Shown in pieces: positions 12,330 through 27,601 of a DNA stretch of 64,000 nucleotides. The notes under the pieces were generated by a model. The model saw only the letters and a program-made list of their open reading frames with translations, made no database searches and had not been told where the DNA came from. The first letter of the stretch is position 1. The number at the start of each line of letters is the position of its first letter. The position numbers were made by a program, and so were the translations under genes. The stretch is from Octopus sinensis (taxonomy: Eukaryota), in assembly GCF_006345805.1 (NCBI RefSeq), contig NC_043001.1:80724001-80788000 (forward strand), given 5' to 3'.

Positions 12330-12850
12330 CGGTATCACGATGCTTGCAAACACGTTTGCTCTCGAATTTATAAACCACATTTGGTAGACATTAGTGACTT
12401 ATTCGCAGTTTTACATGCCCGCGGCTTGTTATTGATAAAGTTTTTTAATGTTAGTGTTTTCCTAGTATATTATTAGTCGTATCAATTCATGTTTTAGTGC
12501 ATTGCAGTTTGAGTTGCTTTACGCTGTTTATGATCATGCATCATCTATTCTTTAGTTACTACGCAGTTGATTCTTGTATATTACATTTCATGTGTTGTTG
12601 GAGTAGTTTTAATAGGACAGCGTCTTATATATTTGCGTTTATATTGTTATATAGCCAAGTTCTTGGTTAGTGGTTGCTTCATTCTGAGGCTTTATATTTA
12701 TTTATCGAGAGTTTAATTTGTAGAGACATAAATCTAAATACTCTACCTTTAAGTAGAGATTTTTGCCAGATACATTTTTTATTTGTGTCGACATTCACGG
12801 GGACTTTAAGTCTCGCTTCAACTTGTTGAATATTCTGTTAAAGGCGAAAT
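12330..12850 (-). mobile_element. Highly degraded Penelope-like RT/GIY-YIG remnant
   Basis: Scattered motifs in the expected order across frameshifts: KVEYLDL, KPQNE, CPIK..NVIYK, INSR..CKHRD. The spacing implies internal deletions. Confidence 0.35.
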
Positions 12851-12943
12851 TTCCAGTCCCAGTGAAATCGACCTTAACATTGTCTATATCTCAAAAGAAT
12901 AGAATGAATAATGTTCTTCTGTAGCTGTATGTGCGTTTGTCTG

Positions 12944-13041
<98 letters not shown>

Positions 13042-13235
13042 CATCCATCCATCCATCTATCTATCTATCAATCTATCTATCTAACTACATACGGGTAAAC
13101 ACTTCTTTACAGAAGAAAACCATTTCTTCGATTAGTAAATGTCGTCAAGAGATTTCAGGTGATTAGCAAGTCTGACTTTATACAAAAGTTATATGTATAT
13201 ATGTGAGTGTGTGTGTGTGTGTGTTTTGCGTTATA

Positions 13236-13314
<79 letters not shown>

Positions 13315-13316
<2 letters not shown>

Positions 13317-13879
13317 GGGTGCGATGGGTAAATTGTCATTTTATACATTTTATTTCACGCATGCGCTTCTCCAAAACATGTACCCAGAGTGATAAAAATC
13401 AAGCCTTCAGTCAACACCATGGTGCTTGGAGTGATCACTAGTGATGGCGACGTCATGCCTCCATTCATTTCCCCCACACAGCCTCAGACTCAACACGGAG
13501 GCCTACATCAAGTACCTGGAGTAAGTAGCGTTGCCCTGGGTCAAGAGGGTGGCTGCTCGAAGGCCCTATGTCTGGCAACAGGACTCTGCTCCATGTCACA
13601 CAAACAGGAGAACCCAGACATGACTGTCAGACAATTTCTGCGACCACATCACCCCTAACTCCCCTTGATTATTTTGTGTGGTGCGCAAGTTAAGCGAGAG
13701 ACCAACAAAACTCCTTGTAACAACAAAGATAAACTGAAGGCAAGAATTATGGCAGCATTCACCAACTTAAACAAGGAGACCATCCAGAAGAATTGCAGGA
13801 CAATCCGAAGTTGTCTGGAGGCCGTTGTTGAAGCCAATGGCGATTTTATTGAATAAATGTTCTCTTTAGTATTTCAATA

Positions 13880-13880
<1 letters not shown>
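13315..13880 (+). mobile_element. IS630-Tc1-mariner DD37D (maT-like) internally deleted, frameshifted copy
   Basis: TA then TIR TAGGGTGCGATGGGTAAATTGTC. Pseudo-ORF pieces MVLGVITSDGDVMPPF, YVWQQDSAPCH and [34 protein letters not shown]. The 3' TIR is lost in a (TA)n block. Confidence 0.9.
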
Positions 13881-15440
<1,560 letters not shown>

Positions 15441-16507
15441 GCCGGCATAGAGAGCGGCGGTAAATTGCAAAGTATAAGCCGTAGCTATGTTTAGCCTCAA
15501 CAGTCAGTCGCACTTACTACTCTGACTACTACAACCATCGCTACTACTACGACTACTACTACTACTACCATTATTACTACAATAACTATCACTACTACTA
15601 CATTTAGGTCTTGAAGTTAAACAGTTGTCACTGAGTAAAGTCACCGACAGTTGTGTAGACCCTCAGTAAGAGAAGCTAGTCTTTAAAAGAAGGCGACGAG
15701 AGAAAGTTCGTTTCAAAACTTTGGACGCCCACTATACCAGACTAGGGCTGGCTTTCTCTTTACTTGTTCTTTGATTTATAAATAATTTATTCAATTAATG
15801 AAATCCGAAGGAAAAATCTCCGAACAAAGCAAGAATCGAAACCCTGCCAAACAGGAGGAGAGGATATTATATTAATATATATAATTATATATTTTGTATC
15901 TTTTAATTTTCGTGGGATTTACCGCGTTGCTGATGTGTTTTTTGTGTAAGTAGAAAAGAAAAAAAGTTATCGTTTTCTTTTTCTTTTTATTATTATTATC
16001 TTTATTTAAGCAGAAATTAATCAAATTTATATATATTAAATTTATGTATGGTCGAGTGCGCTTTACGAAATTCTTTAGTCGAGCATATATATACACACAC
16101 ACACACGTGTGTGTGTGTATAATCGTTGTTTTAATCCCATTATTAGTGAAATGAGGCATTGTTTTAAAGTGAATAAAAAGCTTTATCTTAAATATTATAC
16201 GTAAGTACTCTTAAATTACTCTGCCTTCGGTCAAAATTTATTAGTTGTAGAAGAAAAAAGAGAAAGTGTTTAAAATCCATCGAACGTGTAACAAGTACTA
16301 AGTTATGTGTAAATATATCTAGCAAAACATATATACAGATAGGTAGATGCTACAGGTCCTGTAAGAAGTACTTCATCTCAAGGTACAATGCTTCTTTCGG
16401 GTCTCCTTCCTAAAGTATGAGTCTTTAAATGTATGCAAATATTTTCTGATTTCTCTGGAAATTAACCAACCACAGATAGATACTCCTGTCTTTCGTAGGA
16501 CCTATAC

Positions 16508-16711
16508 CAGCGATCCTTAACTGCGGCTCCTAAGGCCTCATGCAACCCTTCAAACACCCATCCGGCGGCCCCCGATTATCTTCTCTCTATAAATTTGATA
16601 TATTTTTCTTTAATTGACTTGTGTTTTATTATTTTTTTTTTTGTGCGGATTCCCCAAAAGAAATCTAGGGTTAGGATCTGACCTGGATAATAAAAAGGTC
16701 GAAAACCACTG
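16508..16711. mobile_element. Decayed hAT MITE
   Basis: Ends CAGCGATCCTTAACT and AGGTCGAAAACCACTG resemble the CAGTGGTTCTCAACC TIR. The flanks ACCTATAC / CCATATCA share the central TA but match only 4/8. Confidence 0.6.
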
Positions 16712-18739
16712 CCATATCACACATACCTATTTACTTACGTACCTTCCCATCAGTCTATCTATCTATCCAGTGTTGTACGCAAATATATCTAGCAAAATAA
16801 CTGCAGAACCACATATACACACACACACAGGTCCTTCATCTCTGGGGACGAGGCTTTCTTAAAGTATGAATGAGTTTTAAATATATGCAAACATTTTCTG
16901 TGGTTTCTAGAAATTCGTAAACCCCACCCTACAGGTACCCCGTACACAGTCTCTTGTAGATCCTACACACATACATATATATCTAGTTGTCCAGAAAGTT
17001 TTCGTAAGTCGGCACTCGTATTTTAAGTAATAGAGAGGGTATATTATTTATATAGCATTTCTTGCAAGTGTAGAAGGGCAATGCACACACACACACACAC
17101 ATAATGCCTATACACAAACATAAAGTCGTTTGGTGCCGCTACGACTGGGGTGTGTTAAATGACTTTTGGATGTTGAATTATTGATATTTTTGTCTTTATA
17201 TGTTTTAATATACTTCGATATATTTAACACTTTTTCTTTCTCTACTTGGTAAACCGAAATGCAATCACAAATAAAACGAAAGAAAGAAAAAAAAAACTCA
17301 GAAATATTCGCAATTCTTTCCCGAAAGAACAAGAGATTCACGGTAGTAGAAGGGGAGGAGGCGAATCCGAAACTCCGCCGGGGAGGAATTTAGCATTTCA
17401 TTTAAATACCATAAATAATAAACTAATTAAGCCATGTTTAATTGGCATTCTTAACTAGATAAAATATAACGACAAACTACTCGTTATATACCGAGCATTA
17501 TACAAGTCTCTGGAAAAAAATTTGTAAAATCAAGTTTTACTTAATATATTAATTAAAACAAATTAAACGCAGCAGTCATTAAATCATTTGAGATCCTCCT
17601 GTTGATTTTGCTTTCCTAAATTATTTTCCTTCTCTCTCTTTCCATCTATCTTGCTTTTAATCTAAATGGGGGTGGTGGGTTGCTTTTGTTGGAGCACCGT
17701 GCGTCATCATAGTTAAACAAAATGTGTCTACTTGCTGGACACCTTGGTCTTAATAAAACGAGTATGTTTCTACACAGGTATCTGTTCGTTCACGTTTTAT
17801 AATGTATATGTAAGCTGGTCACTGTGCATGCACTCACAAACAACGCTATAAGCAGTAGTTGTTGTTTAGCCCCAGGTCAGTCTTAATCAAGCTAGCCTAT
17901 GATCAAAAGGTATTTCTGCTGCGGTTATTTACTATTTTAGTATAATCGCTTAGATATTGTCCATTGTGTCCTTCCATAGCTTATATTTTTCTCTTTCATA
18001 AATTTTTTTTTTCAAGATCGTAGGCTGTGTAAGTTTAGGAAATTTGGTTGCTATTTCTTGCGCGCCGAACGACCGATCAGAAGTTCCCTCGTTGGTTCGT
18101 ATAAATGCATGTACAGACATACACACTTGCACTGATTTTGTTAGATATGCTAATACAGACGCAGCACACACGGTTCTTTGCATATTTAAAACTGTTGCTC
18201 GTATTCTCAAACTATGAAACCAATTCTTACACACAAGTAGGTGTGTGTGTATTATACGCACACACTTGTTTCTCTTGACCCTTACACCCGCATAGAAGGA
18301 CCAGTCATTCCATTCACACACATACACATATACTGCTATTTAGATCTGCATTCATACAGAGGGCTCACTTATTCAACACATACTATTTCTTTGCATACAC
18401 ATTTTGTGTATGCGCTCGCTGTTATTAACTTTAACCCGCGTACACGAAGTATTCACTCAATACATGCACGTACACCTATTTCTTTGACCCACAACTAATG
18501 AGGGATCACTCTACTCGGACAGACATACGAATACCGAAATATATACTCACATAGTCTGACATAAACACATGTTCATAACCTGATATCAAGACATAGGAAA
18601 CTTATTTCGTTATAAAGATAGTACTAGATTTTCATTGTGTGTATGTGTATACATTATCATTTTATGCGTTTCAGCCCAAGAGCATATATATATGTGTGTG
18701 TATGTGAGTGTGTATACATATATAAAGTATATATGTATA

Positions 18740-18901
18740 GGCGCAGGAGTGGCTGTGTGATACGTAAGCTTGCTTACCAACCACATGGTTCCGGGTTCAG
18801 TCCCACTGCGTGGCACCTTGGGCAAATGTCTTCTACTATAGCCTCGGACCGACCAAAGTTTTGAGTGGATTTGCTGGACGGAATCTGAAAGAAACCCGTC
18901 G

Positions 18902-18938
<37 letters not shown>

Positions 18939-19125
18939 ATGTGTTGGTCCACCACCATCGCTTGACAACCGATGCTGGTGTGTTTACGTCTCCATAACTT
19001 AGCGGTTTGACAAAAGTGAACCATAGATTAAGTACTAGGTTTATAAAGAATGAGTCCTGGAGTCGATTTGTTCGACTACAGGCTGTGCTCCAGCATGGTC
19101 GCAGTCAAATGACTGAAACAAATAG
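18740..19125 (+). mobile_element. SINE family A, full-length and CpG-intact (useful local consensus)
   Basis: Runs from ggcgcaggagtggctgtgtgatacgtaagc to gctccagcatggtcgcagtcaaatgactgaaac, with an internal (TA)n(TG)n. Confidence 0.92.
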
Positions 19126-19235
19126 AGTAATATGTGTGTGCATGACATAAAGAGGCTAGGCTGAAAAAGGGTGAATGACGTCGTCTCTTCTAAGCGAAGG
19201 ACCGCCTGTGTGTGTATATATACATGTGTGTATGC

Positions 19236-19310
<75 letters not shown>

Positions 19311-20272
19311 ATATATATTGTATGTATATGTAAACCTGTGCTATCATCTCAGGGTAGTAGATTGGCATAATTGTTGTGTTGGGGGTAAGGGTGACAGGAA
19401 TTCCATCTTGTTACCGATGAATAAGGTTATATATACCACCCGAGTACGTTATAGTAGTACCCCAGCGGTCCATAATCACTATGACTATAGTTAGATAAGC
19501 CGGTATTGGCTGGCGACTTTTCAACCCAAATTGTTTCGCTACAACTGTTGAATAGGTCGGAAAATTATATTTTTTCATGCTTCGCTTAAGCAAAATAATA
19601 CTAATAACCTGGTATTACAAACTCGATATGCATATATGCTTCAGAATAGTGTTAGGTGAGTTCAGAGCTTGTAACATGAAGCCCTAGGAAGCTATAAAGT
19701 AATGCACAAGTATTCAGTTCTTGAGTTCATTGCATAATTTTCTGTTCGTTTGTCAATTTATTTAACAGATGCATGCAAGCGTGTGTGTCAAGGGAAATAA
19801 TTCAAATGTGCCAATTGCTTGAATTTGGCTAATTAAGTTAAAAGATGTCTAAATGTTGTACACTATAAATTCTTAATTTATTTTAAATTTTCCTCTTAGT
19901 TGGAACTGCACATACTTCCAATGAACACGCAGATGCACACACATACATATATTCTTTTATTCTCATATATAGATATAAAACGTACGTTTTGGTACTTTCG
20001 GCCCTGGCCATGTCTAACTTAATGTATCGTATATGCGTGTTAGTTATGTGTGTTTCTATCTATCTATCTATCATGTTGATGTGATTCAGTGTCGGCTCGC
20101 TTTCTACCAGTCCAACGAAGGCTGAGCAAGCCGAAGTCACCCACTAATTTTATTAAAGGTTAGTAAATATGTACTGTACAAAATATCTTGAGTAATTCTT
20201 CAGTTTATTGGAAAATTATTCTAGCAGTGATACCGATAACGAAACGTGCCTTTTTTCTTCTTTTTATTTTAT

Positions 20273-20527
20273 TATAACGACATTAAAACAAACGTTAATA
20301 AGCATGTATGAATGGATGTTGAAAACTGGGAACAGGTGACAGTAAATCGATCGGCTTGGAAAGTGATCTACGATAGTTGTAAAACATACGAAACACAGAG
20401 TCGGGCACTCCACCTTGAAAACTAACACTTCCTAAACTTATCTTAACTTGAATCCCAAACATTTTTCTGCTGTAGGACCACTCCGTCCAAAGCCGGTAAT
20501 GCTGGTCATATGAGATTTCACGATGAC
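20273..20527 (+). mobile_element. RTE-clade LINE 3' remnant (ORF2 C-terminus)
   Basis: Translates MDVENWEQVTVNRSAWKVIYDSCKTYE and later CRTTPSKAGNAGHMRFH. This matches the RTE C-terminal W..DR..WR motif and zinc-finger-like C..SK.GL..H.R.H. Confidence 0.7.
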
Positions 20528-21129
20528 ATTTACAAACTGAAGTGATCGTCTTCAGTAAAGTAGCATCAATTACCGTGTGTGTGTGTGTATATGTATGTAT
20601 ATGTACTATGCCTGCCTTTAATCACAGATCTGTCGAACAGATTTGACCTGGGAACTAAAGGACAGTAATATGCTATGATGATGGTGCTAGTGGTGGGGGT
20701 GTTACAAAGTCAACTGTGTTATTGGTCCATTCAGTTGTCTATAATTACGAACAAGAGTAGCCACCAGACTATAGTTTGAAATTGAATGAGGGTTAGGGTG
20801 TCATAGCTGTTTTCTTAGTTTTAAGTGCTGATGACACAGTTGTTGTTTAACCCGGGGTAAGAAGCACTGATGAAGAAATTCCAACTATTGCTCGCGTCCG
20901 CCGCAAACTTTTTACTTGTTTCAGTCACTGGACTGTAGCTATGCTGGTGCACCGCCTTGGTGGATTTAGTCGAACGAATCAACCTCATTACAATTTTTTG
21001 TTTTCTGTTTTAAAGTCTGATAGTCTTCTGCCGGACCGCTAGGTTACGGAGATGTGAACAAACCAGCACCGGTTGTCAGATGGTGGTGAACACACACACA
21101 CACGTGTGTGTGTGTGTGTTACTGTTTTC

Positions 21130-21346
21130 TGGCCTTGACAGTTCGTGGTAGTTGTAAATTGGAGCCACCGTCATGCAAGCAGTATCCTCTGCAATCTTCC
21201 GGGAAAAACATGTCTGGTTATGGGGAAATATTTCCTTACTTGGAAACAGATGAGGGTCGGCAATAGGAAGAAAATCCGCCTCAACACATTCCTTCTGATC
21301 CATGAGAGCATGAAAAGGTGGACGCTAAAAAGATAATGATGATGAT
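21130..21346 (+). mobile_element. Interspersed repeat family E with (GAT)n tail
   Basis: Sequence acatgtctgg..tttccttacttggaaacag..ggacgctaa..gatgatgat. Related copies at about 38330-38545, 45440-45630, 49480-49610, 53950-54165 and 56910-57010. Confidence 0.7.
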
Positions 21347-22567
21347 ATCCTTTCTCCTTTACGGACATTCCCCGCCAGGATTAAGAAGCATTAAGGAAAA
21401 ATATATTATTCTCAATATTTTCTTGTCTTCGTGTAGCATTTCGTCTTTTATCTTTTACTTGTTTCAGGCATTAAACTACGCTTAACCTGGGGCACCGCCA
21501 CGAAGAATTTCAGTACTTATCTTTTAAAACTGGTATTTGCTAAACCGCTAAGTTACGCTGACGTAAACCCACCAACATCAGCTGTGAAGTCGTAGTGGAA
21601 CGCACACATGTATATATTAAACTTCTTTCAGTTTCCGTCTACCAAATCCGCTCGCAAGGCTTTGTTTGGCCTGATGCTATAGTAAAAAACACTTGTCCAA
21701 GGTACTAAGCAGTGGGACTGAACCCGTAACCATGTGTTTGGGAAGATAATTTCTTATTACACAGCCACGCCTGCCCCTGTTGGGAGTGATACAAAAATTT
21801 CTCGTGCCCTTCACATGGTAACTAAAAGAATAAAGTTAAGCCTAATTTAAAAAATGTAATTATATAATTATTGCTGGCCTTGTTTTATTAATTATACTTG
21901 TGTAAAAATTATGAATAGTATATTTTTTCAAGAAACTCAAACATTAATGTAAATTAGCTAAATCCTTTAATTTATAAAAAATAACTTGTCGCGCACAGTT
22001 TGAAAGAAAGCGGATTAAAGTCACTTATTCACTTCCTGGGGCTAATTTATTATCTTAACAACTCCTATCTAGGGGTACAAGGTCAAAAACATTTTGAGAA
22101 AAGGATTGACAGATACGCTAAGTCAACATCCATGTCATTTGAACTCAGACCACGAAGCTTTTTTTCTGATACTTAGAGTAACAGCCACTGAAGTTTGAGA
22201 AGAGGAACTTAGGAGATTATATCTGTGATACTAATAATCTCAGATTATAACTGAGATACTAATAACGTTCGACAACTTTAATTACCTGCTACAGAATTAA
22301 TGTAATTTGTAGCTGGCTAGGTATTCCACAGACACCTGTAATCCTTAACAGAATTCTCCGGCAGAATCAGCATTAATTTTGATTTACATGTACAATCCAT
22401 CCGACAATCTTCATTATTGTTTTCGTCCACCCGATTCTACTTACAAGATAAGGACCATCCCCAAGTTATAACAAATGGCGTTTGCTTGCTGCCTTTTCCG
22501 GCATACAAGTCGAATTTTTCTTTTCAGTCTAAAATTTATTGCTAAACGAAAGCTAAGTCGTCTTATA

Positions 22568-23312
22568 TAGAAAGTGCGGTAAATAAATTGTCATCTAAAT
22601 TACGCAAAAAATGAAAATTACACTGACACCTCATTTTAACAGATACATTTACCAAAATTACATAAAAATATCTTGAAATACTAAAGAGTAAATATATTCA
22701 ATTAAATCGCTATTGTCTTCAACCACGGCCTCCAGACAACTTTGGAATCTCCTGCAACTCTTCTGGACAATCTCCTTGTTTAAGTTGGTGAATGCTGCCT
22801 TAATTGTTGCTTTCAGTTCATCTTTGGTGTTACAAGCTCTCGCTCAGCTGCATCTCACGCATAATAAATCAAGGGGTTCGCAGTCCGAAGAGTTAGGTGG
22901 CGAGATGTTAGGGATGATGTGGTCGCAGAAATTGTCTGACAGTCATGACTGGGTTCTCCTGCTTGAGTGATATGATGCAGAGTCCTGTTGCCAGACATAG
23001 GGTCTTCGAGTAGCCATCCTCTTGACCCAGAGCAGCTCTACCTCATTCAGACACTTGATTTAGACCTCTGTGTTGAGTCTGAGGCCGTGTGGGAAGATGA
23101 ATGGAGCCATAACGTCGTCATCACTCCATGATGTTGATTGGATGTTTGATTGCTATCACTCTCAGTACAGGTCCTCAGATTGACACCTAAACAATCTGAA
23201 ATTTCTGGCAGAGTTAACTGCGTCATGGTGCTGTTTTTCTCACAGACAGTGCCCAACTGATCCTACCATACTGTGTCATCGACAATGTCGGCAATTTACG
23301 TATCGCATCCTG
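22568..23312 (-). mobile_element. DD37D Tc1/mariner deletion derivative with both TIRs (about 745 bp)
   Basis: TA-flanked TIRs TAGAAAGTGCGGTAAATAAATTGTC and (reverse complement) CAGGATGCGATACGTAAATTGCC. Retains the N-terminal start MTQLTLPEISDCLGVNLRT and the catalytic half (YVWQQDSA). Clearly the same family as 13315. Confidence 0.9.
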
Positions 23313-23720
23313 TATATACGCTACGTCTAGTTAATAGGACTAAAAATTCCGTATGAAATATTGCAGAATTTGGAAAGATAGCAACAATGTTTAAATGATT
23401 AATGTTTACACTATATACATCGACTTGTATTCTGGAAAATACAGTAAGATGTCACATAGTGTGATTCGAACTTAGTATCTCGTGATCTCGTAGCCGAACT
23501 TCTTAACCGACCGACTACATTCCACCTACAAATAGCCTATGGTACAAAATGGTTAAAACGCCAGGAATTCAATGATTTGAGGTCGTGAAAGAAAACCATT
23601 TCCTTCATCATTCGTCTGTAATCTAAAAGTCATATAATAGAAGAGAAAATTAGAAGCGTGACGTTTGCCTCTCCGTTACAATTTAGTCTGCATTGATTTG
23701 CTACTATGCGTCTGTACACT

Positions 23721-23751
<31 letters not shown>

Positions 23752-26700
23752 ATGTAACTTGTACATAGACATACGTGTGTGTGCCAGCTTTGGATAAATG
23801 AATAAGCTCTACTACATATACATGGGCGCATATTGTGTGTGTGTTCTAGCTCCGAATAAATATGTTTTCCTGCATTAAATACGTCGTTTTAATTCTTTCG
23901 ATTTTAAACTCAAACGTATATAGGAGTGTATGTGCACATAAATCTTTTACTAGTTTCTCGTTGAACTGAGGCTATGCTGGGAACGACTGGCATGGCGAGA
24001 ACGTCTGATTATAAAGTCTTCTGGATTAATCATGAACTGGAGCTAAACAGCAACAACAAACAGCAAGCTCTGATAAAGTACGTTTAAATATGATAGTGCC
24101 ATATCGTATTGTCTACTCCCACACTAGTCTACCTACTTTGTTTAATGTTATCGGTGTAGTATTAACCGTGTAGGTTTATTAATATGTGAAACTAGTGCTG
24201 TGTAAATATGTCGTGAGTACTTACTATATCGTATGTTGTAGTGAATAAAAATGTGGGTTAATCATAGACGAAGTCTGAAGGAGTAAGACAAAAAGTTTGT
24301 TTACAAAAAGTCTGTTATCTGCTATGTGTGTGTAAGAGCTGTGTGTCACCTGATCGGGCCGTCGGTGACTAAACCGGCAATCATTCCCTACCCAGCTTGC
24401 TTGGTTTGGAGCGTGGTTTTCGTTTAACACACTTGCAGGACGAAAAGCAAAACCCGTGAAAGAGGTAGATGAACTCAGTCAACGACCGTCTAACAGCTAG
24501 GAGTGAGAAACTCTTAATTTTTCTTTTTGCATCTCTCTAAGGAGAAGGAAAATTCTGATGTAACACATGTGACTTCTGTTTGGATCCAATGATTGTAGAT
24601 TAGTTCGAGGTGGGATGCATACGTTGTTCTGAAAGTGGAACCTGGCTCTGTGTTAGGCCTTTCCACATTAAAAAAAAAATGCAAAACTATTTAAGGTACA
24701 AGCATCGCTTTTTGACATCTCAATTGTGTTAAACGCTTAAGGCGACGAGCTGGCAGAACCGTTAAGCACGACGGACAACGTGTTTGGTGGCATTTCGTCC
24801 TTACGTTTCGAGTTCAAATTCCCCTGAAATCGACTTTGCCTTTCTTCGATAAAACTTGCTGACCTTTTTGATTATGTATTTCAAACTAGATAAATGGGTC
24901 TACGCTGATCTATAGGCTTAGATCTGTAATGATTTCATTCACATATATGATTTTTCATATGAACATTAAATCAACCCCTGAACTTTCTATCTGCTTAAGA
25001 TGAAAGGCAAAATTTACCTCGGCGGGATTTGAATCCATGACATGAAAGTTCGGAACTAATTCGGTATATTGATAATTCTGATTTGGTCTGCTACTTTTAT
25101 CCATTTATATATAGACGAAAGAAAGGGGGCAGAGGTCTAGACCTTGCCAATGAACTCCATTTCGCTCTACATCACTCAAGATGCTTAAATTGTAAGCGGT
25201 TGTTAAAACGGCTCCAGTACTTGAACTAGTGTTTAATTTTATGGACCCTAGAAGAATAATGGTATATTAGCATCAGAACCGTAGTGGTGTGGTAAGAAGC
25301 TTGTTTTCCAGCCACATGGTTCCGGTTCTATCGGTGTCCTTTTGCCGAACCACTAAGTTACAGGGACGCAAACACCAACACCAGTGGTCACGTGGTCGCG
25401 CGCGCGCGCACACACACACACACACCGGGTTCTTTTGGGGATCTTTTCTGTTTGGCTGCACTTTTTGAAATTTTAGAATCATGTGAAAATGTTCAAATTT
25501 GGTATATCGATGTAATTTTCAACGCTGAATCTCATTTTGTTTCCGTCAACTGAATCCACTCACAACGTTTTAATCAGCTCATGGCTATAGAAAATAGATT
25601 TGCGCAAGGTGCCACACAGTGGAACTGAACCCGAAACCATGGGGTTAAGAAGCAGCCAGGACGACGGCCTTCTCCTGTTTCCGTCTACCAAATTCACTCA
25701 TAAAGCATTGGTCTGCCTAGGGCTATAATAAAAGAAGATGAAAAAAAAAAAAACCACAAGCCCAATGTGTTGAGCAAGTGGAACCGACTGAACCTGAAAC
25801 TGCGTGGCTGCAAAAGCTTAACCACACAGCCATGCCTGCTCCTACTTCTCTTACCAAAAAAAAAAATGTATATATTTGAGCTTGTGCCAAGAGTTAATTA
25901 ATTATTCAAACTTCTGCAAAATCGTTCGTCATATTTTCCTTTCTCTCAGCTATCACTAAGGTCGTGGTATGTCTAGTTGTTGTACTTAATCAGTGCTGGA
26001 TCAGTCACTTAAAAGTCGATGCATATCACTGAAAATATATTAGAAAGCCGAGTAATTTGACGAGCGACTGACTCCATTAAGTCGAAGCAGGTTATCCCCT
26101 TCTCTTCTTCACTCCACCGCCAACAACAGTTCCCGACTTTCTACTTTCTTTCAATTATATATATTTTGCTCACTTCACCAGTTTTTGTATTTATTCTGCG
26201 CTTGAATGTTTTAAGCATATAAATCACGCGCGCGCGAGCACAAGCCCCTCACACACACACACACACTCGCATATCTTAGGCAATTTCGGTTCTGATTAGC
26301 AAGGAGGGCTGAACCTGGTCACAGTGATATTAAAAAGGCCAGTAAAAGTAAGCATGCGAGTGTGTGTGTGTGTGAAGTATATAAACATAGTACTTACTCA
26401 CACACAAATGCATAAGCGATTCAGCTGAAAACAAAAAAAAAATTAATTTAAAATTTTGTACGGAAATTGCCGAACAATCACTTTCGTTATCCCACTACTT
26501 TGATCGAAAGATAATCAAATAAACCTCAACTTTAGTCGATTTATCCGGCTTTACGTCGATCTCGACAAACATAATTAAAAGCATAAAATATTTTAGACAC
26601 ACTGAGGTGGAAGATTTAAAAAATGTCTTCGAAAATATGTGCAAATAATTGAAACATTATAGAAACTAATGAGTAAAAAATACTTTTCGAGTTACGTTGC

Positions 26701-27109
26701 TTTTCGAATTAAATTGCACGTCCTGGATCCGATTACAGCTGTAGTTAAGGTACGCCACAGTGTCTGTGTTTATATATATATGTATATACACATACACACA
26801 CATGACACAGATAAAAGGCTAAATTTTATTTATATGCTCTAGGTTTTCTCAGTAAACAATAAATATGAACCTCAAACTAGATGACACACGCATAAGAACA
26901 CATTCATACTCTCTATGAATAAATTATAATAGAACTTGTTTCATCCGTGGATTCGTAGTGTATTTCTCTCTCTTTCTCTTTATGACAGATATATATTGTC
27001 TCGCTGTTTATGGTTGACAGAATGAGAAGATCAGTGGATAAAATTCGTCACAGTTTTTAGACATGTTCTTTGCGTTGAGTTCAACGTTAACGCTGTTGAA
27101 CTATTAACG

Positions 27110-27465
27110 GGCGCAAGCGTGGGTTGTATGATGAAAACTTTTGATTCCCAACCTGGTTTTGGATTCCGTTCCACTGCGCGACACCTTGGGCAAGTGTTTT
27201 CCACTGCATACAGCTTTGGACCGACCTTGTAAGTGGATCTGGTAGTCAGAAACTGAAAGAAGCCCATCGTGTGTGTATGTGTCCGTGTTTGTTCTTCATC
27301 TCCGCTTGACAACCGGTGCTGGTTTATTTACGTCCCCGTAACCTTGTGGTTCGGCAAAAGATACTGATAGAATAAGTACCAAGTTTTGGGATGGATTTGT
27401 TCGACTAAACGCCTTATGGCGGTGCCCCAGCATGGCCGTGGCCCAATAACTGAAAGAAGTAAAAC
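27110..27465 (+). mobile_element. SINE family A, near full length, CpG retained
   Basis: Sequence gggcgcaagcgtgggttg..caccttgggcaagtg..ggcggtgccccagcatggccgtggc. Confidence 0.85.
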
Positions 27466-27565
27466 CACATACATACACACGATTTTGAACTTTTAACGCT
27501 CGAACGATTTTGGCGCTGGATAACAGTTTAATTTTTATTTACTGGTTTATCAGGACAGTGTAGGT

Positions 27566-27601
<36 letters not shown>

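Noticed and set aside
19640-19660. TTAG|GTGAGT resembling a recursive splice site
   Set aside because: No polypyrimidine tract, and other AGs lie immediately upstream.
22280-22305. Minus-strand TAG|CAG|GTAATT (3-nt microexon or RS-like)
   Set aside because: Weak pyrimidine tract and non-consensus donor.
23440-23525. tRNA-like sequence with A/B boxes, and other GGTTC(G)A motifs
   Set aside because: These are SINE heads: there is no closed cloverleaf and they continue into SINE bodies. No genuine tRNA or rRNA gene was seen.
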